Assembly: GCA_002869435.1 (NCBI GenBank)
Contig: PKSX01000200.1
Coordinates: 1-55,201 of the forward strand
DNA: 55,201 nt
Direction of reading: 5' to 3'
Source of the DNA: Marinilabiliales bacterium
Lineage (GTDB): Bacteria > Bacteroidota > Bacteroidia > Bacteroidales > DTU049
In this document: positions 28,939 to 36,840 of the stretch, in pieces
Position numbering within the stretch: position 1 is the first letter of the stretch
Layout: the number at the start of each line of letters is the position of its first letter
Program-made: the position numbers and the translations under genes
The notes under the pieces: model-generated
Databases searched by the model: none
What the model saw: the letters and a program-made list of their open reading frames with translations, nothing else
What the model was told of the DNA's origin: nothing

Positions 28939-29271
28939 ATTGTTAATAAAAACACAACTTAAACAGATATAATTTAAGTTAATAAGTCTTTGATTTAGTG
29001 TTACTAAGTAAATACACAATTTTCTTGATTTTTTGAAAAATTCGCATATACAAAGTATCATTTTTAGAAGTCAATAAGATATTTTGTTTATTTATCTTTA
29101 ATTTTCATTGTTTAATATGATGCATTGTGAATAAGTGGTTAATTCATAAAAAATGAGATACTTATATTCAAAATCATTTAAAATGTTTGTATAATATTAA
29201 AATTTCACAATGTAAAACTTATTGAAAACGAAATAAATACGTATTTTAACACTTAAATTGAAATTTGTTGA

Positions 29272-29279
29272 TAATTTTG
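29272..29279 (+). promoter_or_regulatory. Bacteroidota-type -7 box TAATTTTG for rpiB
   Basis: Matches TAnnTTTG. Lies 19 nt upstream of the ATG at 29298. Confidence 0.35.
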
Positions 29280-29297
29280 TAATATAAATTTTGCGAG

Positions 29298-29726
29298 ATG
29301 AAAGTTGTAATAGCATCAGATCATGCAGGATTTCCTTTAAAGGAAGAAATTAAGAATCATTTTGCCTCCAGGATTGATTTTATTGATGTTGGAACTCATT
29401 CTGAAGACAGTTGTGATTATCCTGATTTTGCTCATAAAGCAGCTAAAGTTTTCATAGAAGGTGAAGCAGAGTGGGGGATAGCTATTTGTGGTAGTGGCAA
29501 TGGAATAAATATGAGCATGAATAAGCATAAAATGATTAGATCTGCTTTGTGCTGGACAAAAGAATTATCTGAATTGGCCAGATTACATAACAATGCTAAT
29601 TTTTTGGCTATGCCCGGTCGGTATATTGAAGCGAGTCTGGCATATGAAATTGTTGAAATTTTTATGACAACTGAGTTTGAAGGAGGTCGTCATGAAAGAA
29701 GAGTAAGAAAAATTTCAGATTTTTAG
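29298..29726 (+). CDS. rpiB: Ribose-5-phosphate isomerase B (RpiB/LacA/LacB family)
   Basis: MKVVIASDHAGFPLKEEI, GIAICGSGNGINMSMNK and ARLHNNANFLAMPGR. Confidence 0.9.
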   Translation: MKVVIASDHAGFPLKEEIKNHFASRIDFIDVGTHSEDSCDYPDFAHKAAKVFIEGEAEWGIAICGSGNGINMSMNKHKMIRSALCWTKELSELARLHNNANFLAMPGRYIEASLAYEIVEIFMTTEFEGGRHERRVRKISDF

Positions 29727-29727
29727 T

Positions 29728-31113
29728 TTGAGTAGTTATTCTTTATATAATGAATTTAAAACCAAAACAAAGCTTCAAAGTGAAAACAGGAAGCTTCATT
29801 CTACATTGAATAAGAGTTTAAATAATTATCAAACTAAATATTCAAGCGGTGTTGCCCAATTTTCAAATCTTGATGCATTTAGGGAAAAACTTAAATTTAT
29901 TAGAACCAAAGCAGTTTTAAATCTCGAAAAAAATTTACTTCAGTTTGAAACCAATTTTATTAAAAACGGGGGAGAATTATTCTGGGCAGATACTGCCGAA
30001 GATGTATATCAAATTATTCAACATTTACTGACAGATAAAACTAATATTGTATCTGTGAAGTCAAAGTCGATGGCTACTGAAGAAATTGATTTGAATTTAT
30101 TTCTGGAAAACAATGATATTCAAGTTACAGAAACAGATTTAGGTGAATATATAGTTCAGTTAAGAGATGAAAAACCTTCACATATTACAGCTCCGGCTTT
30201 GCATTTATCTAAAGAAGAAATTGCCCTTCTATTTCACGAAAATTTTAACTTGAAGCCAGACGCAAATGCTGAAGAAATTACTGAATATGTGCGCGAAATT
30301 TTACGAAAGAAATTTACTTCTGCAGAATTGGGAATAAGTGGTGCAAATTTTTTAATTGCCGATTCAGGTTCTATTGCTTTAACTGAAAATGAAGGTAATG
30401 CTTCATTGGTGACTTCATGGCCAAAATTTCATATTGCAATTGCCGGAATTGATAAAGTTATTTCAAATTATGCAGATCTTTCAATAATTTGGCCAATGCT
30501 TTCATCGCATGCAACTGGACAGAAAATTTCAGTGTATAACCATATAATATCGGGACCTCAACAAGAAGAAGAAGGTGATGGTCCGGAAAAGATGTTTGTT
30601 ATTTTATTAAATAACGGGCGCGATAATTTACTTAAGGACAAGGAATTACGCCAATCTTTGCATTGTATTAAATGCGGCGCATGCTCCAATACATGTCCTG
30701 TATATAAGATTTTAAGTGGTCATAGTTATGGTTCAGTGTACAATGGACCTATTGGCTCCATAACAACTCCTCATTTGAAGGAAAACGAAAATCATTTTCA
30801 TTTGTCTTTTGCCAGCAGTTTATGTGCAAAATGTTCCGAAATTTGCCCGGTTAAAATACCTTTAGATGAATTATTACTCTATAACAGGGCATTAGCAGTA
30901 AAAAATGAAAAAATTCCCAAATCTGAAATACGTTCAATTAAATTATTAACCCGAATCTTAAAATCCCGCAAGAGAATGAATATGGGATCGGCCGGTATTA
31001 GAAAGCTTGTGTTTAAAATTGTTTTCCGAAAAAAATGGGGTGTATATCGGGCCAATCCTGATTTTCCGAAGCAAAGTTTTAATAAAATAAAACGAAAACA
31101 GCAATTATTGTGA
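29728..31113 (+). CDS. LutB/YkgF-like iron-sulfur protein (LUD domain plus 2x 4Fe-4S motif)
   Basis: CIKCGACSNTCPVY and CAKCSEICPVKIP. The N-terminal half is LUD-like. The only plausible start is the TTG at 29728, 1 nt after the rpiB stop, because the first in-frame ATG is more than 110 codons in. Confidence 0.75.
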   Translation: MSSYSLYNEFKTKTKLQSENRKLHSTLNKSLNNYQTKYSSGVAQFSNLDAFREKLKFIRTKAVLNLEKNLLQFETNFIKNGGELFWADTAEDVYQIIQHLLTDKTNIVSVKSKSMATEEIDLNLFLENNDIQVTETDLGEYIVQLRDEKPSHITAPALHLSKEEIALLFHENFNLKPDANAEEITEYVREILRKKFTSAELGISGANFLIADSGSIALTENEGNASLVTSWPKFHIAIAGIDKVISNYADLSIIWPMLSSHATGQKISVYNHIISGPQQEEEGDGPEKMFVILLNNGRDNLLKDKELRQSLHCIKCGACSNTCPVYKILSGHSYGSVYNGPIGSITTPHLKENENHFHLSFASSLCAKCSEICPVKIPLDELLLYNRALAVKNEKIPKSEIRSIKLLTRILKSRKRMNMGSAGIRKLVFKIVFRKKWGVYRANPDFPKQSFNKIKRKQQLL

Positions 31114-31122
31114 GAATCGGTA

Positions 31123-31992
31123 TTAAAGAAATCGTTTCACAATACTCATTACTGACGAAACGTATGAAGATCCGAAAAGATTCACATGAATGAGCAGGGG
31201 ATAGAGGTTAAAAAGATCTGTTCTTTCTTGCCACCCGGGTTCTAGTGGAAAAGATTCATTATAATAGTGGTAAAATTCGGGTGCAAATGTCCCGAAAAGC
31301 CGACTCATAGCCAGATCTGACTCTCTGTGTCCAAAATGTGCCGCCGGATCATAAATACAAGCATTTCCTTGATTATCAATCATATAGTTTCCTGTCCAGA
31401 GATCTCCATGTATTAAAGAAGGCGTTTCACGTGGAACATCGGCATTATATCTGCCGTAGAGCTGTGTTATTTTGGTTATGTCAGATGAGTTTATCAGATT
31501 TCTGTCGTATGCGAGTTTAATTTGGGGTTCAAGTCGTTCAGAAATAAAAAAATTGGAAAAATCGATGTGGCGCTTATTTGATTGGGGAAGAGAACCCATG
31601 TAATTATTATGATATAATCCAAAAAACGATGAACTTGTTTTGTGCATGGATGAAAGTCCTTTGGCAAAGTTTTTCCAAAAATCTCTTTTCGGGTGACCAT
31701 TTTCAATGAATTCCATGAGTAAAAATGAAGTGCCTTTAATTTCACCGCATAATAATGGTTTGGGAATTCTGAGAGCGGGGGAGTGTGTTCTCATAAGCTC
31801 TAACCCTTTAAATTCTGCTTCAAACATATTTGGATGTCGCCGGGCATCATTCCACTTTAAAAAAAAATCTCCTTCATTTGTATGTACGCAGGCAGCCATG
31901 TTGATATCGCCGCCGAATATACGTTCCTGCCCAAGAATTTTTATTCCCGTAAAATGCTGTTGAAGGTGTTTTTGAAGCAGTTCGAAATTCAT
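31123..31992 (-). CDS. Fructosamine/ketosamine-3-kinase family protein
   Basis: Kinase-like motif LIHGDLWTGNYM and a DPA..FGHRESDLA context in a 289-aa protein. Confidence 0.8.
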   Translation of the reverse strand: MNFELLQKHLQQHFTGIKILGQERIFGGDINMAACVHTNEGDFFLKWNDARRHPNMFEAEFKGLELMRTHSPALRIPKPLLCGEIKGTSFLLMEFIENGHPKRDFWKNFAKGLSSMHKTSSSFFGLYHNNYMGSLPQSNKRHIDFSNFFISERLEPQIKLAYDRNLINSSDITKITQLYGRYNADVPRETPSLIHGDLWTGNYMIDNQGNACIYDPAAHFGHRESDLAMSRLFGTFAPEFYHYYNESFPLEPGWQERTDLFNLYPLLIHVNLFGSSYVSSVMSIVKRFL

Positions 31993-32003
31993 AATGGTAA
32001 AAG

Positions 32004-32043
32004 TAAAAAATAAAGGTGATTGAGCGTAGTCGAAATCACCTTT
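32004..32043 (-). terminator. Rho-independent terminator after the DEAD-box helicase gene
   Basis: Perfect 10-bp stem aaaggtgatt (32012-32021) / aatcaccttt (32034-32043) with a 12-nt loop. A U-run follows on the - strand. Confidence 0.6.
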
Positions 32044-32112
32044 ATTCTAAAAATAGATATGTGATACTAATAAAGAAGCCTTTGATAAACTCTTCTATTA
32101 GCATAAACCTCT

Positions 32113-33381
32113 TTAGCCACCTTTGCTATTATTTGTGTTGTTGCGGTATGGTTTTCTACCACCTTTTCCTTGTGGCCTCTTCCCATAATTCTTACTGTAT
32201 GGCTTTTTATTTCCACTTTTCTTTTTAAACCTTGGTTTTATTTCCGGTGGCGGCCCTAGTTCTCTAGGTAAGGTCAAACGTGGAACTTCTTGTTCAATAA
32301 GACGCTCAATTCTTCTGAATTTGTGAAATTCATCAGCTGTAACGAGTGTTAATGCCTCACCACGGGCATTTACTCTGGCTGTTCGGCCAATGCGGTGCAC
32401 ATAATCTTCTGCATCGTGCGGAATATCGAAATTGATCACCATATTGATTTCCTTGATATCAATTCCTCGGCTCATTACATCGGTAGCCACCAATATGCGT
32501 ATTTGCCTTGCCCTGAAACCTTGCAGAACTTTTTCGCGTTCATCCTGTTCAAGATTTGAGGATATACCTTTTGCATCGAGACCTATTTTGCGCAATGATC
32601 GTACTATTTCACTCACTTTACTTTTTGTAGAAGTAAAAACTAAAATGCTTTCGTAATGCTTTCTTTGCTTTAATTCGTGCTGAATAAGCGGTATTTTTTG
32701 ATTCTCGAAAACTATGGCTGCTTTCTGATCAATGTTTTCAGCAGGCTTACTTAATGCCAGGTTTATTTCTTCGGGATTATGCAATATTTCACGCGCAAGT
32801 TTACGGATGCTTTCGGGCATGGTAGCGCTGAACATTAGATTTTGTCTTTGTTTAGGTAGATGTTCGGCAATTTTTCTGATATCATCTACAAAACCCATAT
32901 CAAGCATTTTATCGGCCTCATCCAATATGAAATGTTTTACGGAACTAAAATCAACATAACCCATATTAAGGTGTGAAATTAGCTTTCCGGGTGTAGCAAT
33001 AATAATATCGGTACCAGACGTAAGTGCTTTTTTTTGTGCTTCCCAGCCAAGTCCGTCACCGCCGCCATATATAGCAATACTCGAAGCATTGGTAAAATAG
33101 GCAAAACCTTGTATTTCTTTCTCAATTTGCAGGGCTAATTCCCGCGTGGGGGCTATGATTAAGGTATTGCAACCACGGTTTTCTTTTTGTGCAATTTTAT
33201 GCAAAACCGGCAATACAAAAGCAGCTGTTTTTCCTGTTCCGGTTTGGGCACAGGCTATAAGATCACGATTTTCAAGAATAATGGGAATAACCTTTTCCTG
33301 CACCGGGCTGGCATTTTCAAAACCCATATAATCTATGGCCGTAAGTAATCGATCGTCTAATTTAAGTTCGGCAAAAGTCAT
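32113..33381 (-). CDS. rhlE: DEAD-box ATP-dependent RNA helicase with a basic C-terminal tail
   Basis: Q-motif region, AQTGTGKT, DEAD, SAT and HRIGRTAR. The tail is KPRFKKKSGNKKPYSKNYGKRPQGKGGRKPYRNN. Confidence 0.85.
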   Translation of the reverse strand: MTFAELKLDDRLLTAIDYMGFENASPVQEKVIPIILENRDLIACAQTGTGKTAAFVLPVLHKIAQKENRGCNTLIIAPTRELALQIEKEIQGFAYFTNASSIAIYGGGDGLGWEAQKKALTSGTDIIIATPGKLISHLNMGYVDFSSVKHFILDEADKMLDMGFVDDIRKIAEHLPKQRQNLMFSATMPESIRKLAREILHNPEEINLALSKPAENIDQKAAIVFENQKIPLIQHELKQRKHYESILVFTSTKSKVSEIVRSLRKIGLDAKGISSNLEQDEREKVLQGFRARQIRILVATDVMSRGIDIKEINMVINFDIPHDAEDYVHRIGRTARVNARGEALTLVTADEFHKFRRIERLIEQEVPRLTLPRELGPPPEIKPRFKKKSGNKKPYSKNYGKRPQGKGGRKPYRNNTNNSKGG

Positions 33382-33400
33382 TGAAGTATTTTAAGTTTTG

Positions 33401-33408
33401 CAAAGGTA
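33401..33408 (-). promoter_or_regulatory. -7 box TACCTTTG for the helicase gene
   Basis: The - strand reads TACCTTTG, matching TAnnTTTG, 20 nt upstream of the ATG at 33381. Confidence 0.35.
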
Positions 33409-33670
33409 GGGTTTCTGAAATTATTGTTTTTATAATTCGTAAAATTTAAAATCACTTTCGTAAAAAACATCTGAAATACCCCATTATATTTAAAATATTT
33501 GTGCATATATGATCAGAAAATATCATAGAAAGAAAACTCAGTGTTAAGGTTTTGTAAAACACCCATGGGGGTAAAGATATAATCCACTGAATTTTAAATA
33601 AATAATAACAAATTAAATTTGAACTTGCTTTTCTGGATTTCATATCTTAGGGAACAAAAAATTTACCACC

Positions 33671-34387
33671 ATGTACAGTACAAGTAATTTATTATCGAAT
33701 CCCGGCGTAATTGCCATGATTGTAATTCTGGCCTTAATGCTTTTTGTTTTTGTTCCGCTTATGATAAGAAGAGCCAGGCGTCAACGAAAAAGAGCAAAAA
33801 ATTATTTACCGGATCTTCTGGCCCGAACCGGTTTAAAACAAGACGGCAATATTTTGTCGGGCACATATCGTGGTTTTCCCACAAAAGTAAGTTTTGGGGT
33901 AGGGTATAATTATGCCGAAATTGGTTTCGAAGCCATGAAAGGAATGGCTGGAGGACGTGCAGATTTTCACGGTAGAAATATGGTTTGGCAAAAGATTTAT
34001 ATTGAAATTGATCTTGGTGTGGATGTGAATTCTATTATTCTGAAGGAAAAAGTGGGTGTGCTTCGTACGGATCAATGGATTATGGATAAGATTGCCGGCA
34101 GAGAAGTAAATCTACCGGAAATTAAAGAGCTGAAGGGAATGCTTAAACGTGTAAGAATTTTCAGTGAAGATAATGCGTTGGCATCAAAAATGGCTTCAGA
34201 CAATCAATTAAGAGAATTGTTAAGTAATTGGCACTATCTCGATGTAGCTGCAGTTGGCAATAAAGTCAACTTCAAACTCGACGATGTAATGGTAACGGCC
34301 ACATATGAAAACCGCCTTACCAAGCCCGATCATGTTATTCAGGCGCTTGATATAGCTGCGCGTGTTGCCGAGTTATCTGTGAATTAA
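33671..34387 (+). CDS. Hypothetical single-pass membrane protein
   Basis: N-terminal TM GVIAMIVILALMLFVFVPLMI followed by RRARRQRKRAK. No motif recognised. Confidence 0.6.
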   Translation: MYSTSNLLSNPGVIAMIVILALMLFVFVPLMIRRARRQRKRAKNYLPDLLARTGLKQDGNILSGTYRGFPTKVSFGVGYNYAEIGFEAMKGMAGGRADFHGRNMVWQKIYIEIDLGVDVNSIILKEKVGVLRTDQWIMDKIAGREVNLPEIKELKGMLKRVRIFSEDNALASKMASDNQLRELLSNWHYLDVAAVGNKVNFKLDDVMVTATYENRLTKPDHVIQALDIAARVAELSVN

Positions 34388-34398
34388 ATTCTTGGTTT

Positions 34399-35091
34399 TT
34401 ATCTGGGATTGGTATCTGCGCCAACAGCATCCAAGAGGGATTGTGGAACATCAACTCCCTCGTCTTTCGCTTTTAGCAGATATAATTTGGAATTTTCTAC
34501 ATCGTCCAGAAAATAATAGATGAGCCCTATGATATAATGTGCATCCATAACATATTTGCTTTCCATCGCTTTGTAAATATCTTCTGCAATTAATGCATCT
34601 TTTAATGCGGCATCATACTCTTCGATAAATATATACATACGTGCCCTACCGTAATATCCTTCCGGATTTGATTCATTTTGAGCAATAAGTTTGGTATATA
34701 TGTCTATAGCTTCTTCATACCTTTTTTGTTTTTCGTACACTACTCCAAGGTTTTGCAGAGCCATATCGCCTTCAGGATATAATTGTATTGATATTTGATA
34801 ATACTTTGCAGCACTGTCAAGTTCACTCATATGTCTGTATGTAAGGCCCAGATTATCATAGGCTTCCACAAATTCGGAATCTGCCTCTATACTTAGTTTA
34901 TAGTATTTTTCGGCCTGAATGAGTCTGCCTTTATCAAAATAGTAATTGCCTTTTTCAAAATACTCTGCTGCAGTATCGTTTTCTGTATAATTATAATTAT
35001 CTGAAGGAATTACTCTTTCTGTTTGAGCTTGTGTTTGTAATGAAATGAATATTAGAATAATAAGACTTGAAAAAATGTGAAAATGCTTCAT
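34399..35091 (-). CDS. Secreted TPR-repeat protein
   Basis: Signal peptide MKHFHIFSSLIILIFISLQTQAQ. Repeated A..YY..G..Y......A...Y..A TPR pattern. Confidence 0.8.
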   Translation of the reverse strand: MKHFHIFSSLIILIFISLQTQAQTERVIPSDNYNYTENDTAAEYFEKGNYYFDKGRLIQAEKYYKLSIEADSEFVEAYDNLGLTYRHMSELDSAAKYYQISIQLYPEGDMALQNLGVVYEKQKRYEEAIDIYTKLIAQNESNPEGYYGRARMYIFIEEYDAALKDALIAEDIYKAMESKYVMDAHYIIGLIYYFLDDVENSKLYLLKAKDEGVDVPQSLLDAVGADTNPR

Positions 35092-35206
35092 TTTATTTGA
35101 ATTTCATGTTTGCTAAGGTATTACAATTAATAACGAAAATCAATTATAAATAAGTATAGAACAAAACAATTGACGAGATTCAATATAAAAGTAAATCAAA
35201 AAATCA

Positions 35207-35214
35207 TACATTTG
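35207..35214 (+). promoter_or_regulatory. -7 box TACATTTG upstream of the lipoprotein gene
   Basis: Matches TAnnTTTG. Lies 34 nt upstream of the ATG at 35248 and 25 nt upstream of the ATG at 35239. Confidence 0.25.
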
Positions 35215-35247
35215 TTTAATCGACTATTAATTTTAAAAATGATTATT

Positions 35248-35736
35248 ATGAAAAAAACGTTTCTTTTTAGTTGTCTCATTTTTATGACTGCCACAATATT
35301 ATTTGTATCATGTGGTTCCAAAACAAAAACAGAGATTCCTGATGCTTCGGGCGAAGAATTGGTAAATCAATTGTGGACAAATCTTCAAAATGCTGATACT
35401 GCTGCTGATAATAGTTTTATGGCTGATGGATTTCAGGCCGTTCATGAAGACGGAGCAAATGATAAAGCTGCCGAGTTAGAACTTATAGCAGGGCTTAATA
35501 TAGACTCTTACACTATTTCTAATTTAATATGTACACAAAACAATGATGTTATTGTTGCAACATATATTGTCTCGGTAGAAGAAACCATTGAGGGCCAACG
35601 TCTTTCAAAGGATCCGGCTGCCCGGATGAGTGTTTTTATGGTTGAAGAAGGAAGCTGGAAATGGATTTCTCATGCCAATTTAAAACCTTTAGAGAACGAA
35701 GTTCCAGTAACTGAAGAAACTGATAGTATTCAGTAA
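35248..35736 (+). CDS. Lipoprotein with an NTF2/SnoaL-like (DUF4440-type) domain
   Basis: Lipobox MKKTFLFSCLIFMTATILFVSCGS. Start chosen at 35248. The ORF track begins at 35170 with a non-signal extension. Confidence 0.6.
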   Translation: MKKTFLFSCLIFMTATILFVSCGSKTKTEIPDASGEELVNQLWTNLQNADTAADNSFMADGFQAVHEDGANDKAAELELIAGLNIDSYTISNLICTQNNDVIVATYIVSVEETIEGQRLSKDPAARMSVFMVEEGSWKWISHANLKPLENEVPVTEETDSIQ

Positions 35737-35818
35737 TGCTGTTTTATGAATCAGAATAACAACTCAAATTTGAGATAATGCAATAATTCTCATTTTAATT
35801 TGTTCTACCCTAAAATAC

Positions 35819-35826
35819 TATCTTTG
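35819..35826 (+). promoter_or_regulatory. -7 box TATCTTTG
   Basis: Matches TAnnTTTG. Lies 19 nt upstream of the ATG at 35845. Confidence 0.35.
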
Positions 35827-35844
35827 CACAAATATTCTACTATT

Positions 35845-36714
35845 ATGCGATCAATACTTGTTTTTTCACTGATCAGCTTTTTTACAATTTCACTCCTTGC
35901 ACAGGAAAATTCAAAAGTGAACACGGTAAAACATGGTGATAATTTTCCGGTTTTTGGCCTGAAAAATAATCTTGTTTATGAAAATTTTGAATCCGGTGTT
36001 TTTCCACCGGCCGGCTGGACTGTTATTGCTGATTCTACTCCGCAAACCTGGGACACTGCATCATACGACCCTCATTCAGGATCTTTTTATGCGCATTGTT
36101 TGTATGACGATTCTTTAACTGGTGTTCAAAATGAATTTCTTATTAGCCCGGTAATGGATATGCGCGGTGTTACTTCCGCTGTTCTTACGTTCTATTTTCA
36201 GTTTTCAAGATACTGGGGAATAACTCCTTACGATAATTATGATTTATATGTTTTTGCCAGTATTGACAGCGGTATGACTTTTCCAGACACTGTTTGGCAT
36301 GAACTTGATACAGATACTTCTGCGTGGACTAGTTTTCAATGGGTTATGGCTCAGGTAGATTTGGCTGACTATATTGGAGATTCGACTTTTGCACTGGCAT
36401 TTGTTTATTATGGATACGATGGTGCCGAAGCTGCACTTGATGATATTCTAGTACAAACTGCCGGAGCTATTGATGAGACTGAGAAAGAAATAAGAGTGTA
36501 TCCAAATCCGGCTCAGGATGTGCTCAATATTGAATCAGAACAATATTATCAATTTGTTGAACTTACTGATATAAATGGCAAAATCTTATTATCAGAAATT
36601 GGTGAGTTTAAAAACAAAACTATTAGCCTTGATGGTATTTCCTCGGGAATTTATTTTCTGACACTGAAATCTGAAGATTTTGTATACAGTAAAAAAATAC
36701 TGATTCGAAAATAA
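35845..36714 (+). CDS. T9SS-sorted secreted protein (choice-of-anchor-J-like N-domain plus Por C-terminal sorting domain)
   Basis: Signal peptide MRSILVFSLISFFTISLLAQ. Motif ENFESGVFPPAGWTV. C-terminal domain RVYPNPAQDVLNIES...GIYFLTLKSEDFVYSKKILIRK. The ORF-track TTG at 35800 is probably too far upstream. Confidence 0.8.
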   Translation: MRSILVFSLISFFTISLLAQENSKVNTVKHGDNFPVFGLKNNLVYENFESGVFPPAGWTVIADSTPQTWDTASYDPHSGSFYAHCLYDDSLTGVQNEFLISPVMDMRGVTSAVLTFYFQFSRYWGITPYDNYDLYVFASIDSGMTFPDTVWHELDTDTSAWTSFQWVMAQVDLADYIGDSTFALAFVYYGYDGAEAALDDILVQTAGAIDETEKEIRVYPNPAQDVLNIESEQYYQFVELTDINGKILLSEIGEFKNKTISLDGISSGIYFLTLKSEDFVYSKKILIRK

Positions 36715-36732
36715 ATGATTCAATAAGATATT

Positions 36733-36764
36733 AAAAACCCCGGAACATTGTTCTGGGGTTTTTT
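36733..36764. terminator. Bidirectional rho-independent terminator between convergent genes
   Basis: aaaaa-ccccggaac-att-gttctgggg-tttttt. The stem includes one G-U pair and is flanked by an A-run and a T-run. Confidence 0.7.
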
Positions 36765-36840
36765 CTTCGCCTTTTGATTGGTTTACACATAATCACTACT
36801 CCTGAGAAACCAATCATGTTTACTCTGGTATATTTTCGGC

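Noticed and set aside
28843-29061. 72-aa ORF in the nadA/rpiB spacer
   Set aside because: The Ile/Leu/Asn/Lys-rich translation is what an AT-rich spacer would give. It has no signal peptide or motif and overlaps the half-site array.
28757-29297. NAD+ riboswitch (nadA motif) or another structured RNA in the long nadA upstream region
   Set aside because: The region is extremely AT-rich with no GC-supported helices. The repeated octamers look like protein-binding half-sites rather than RNA structure.
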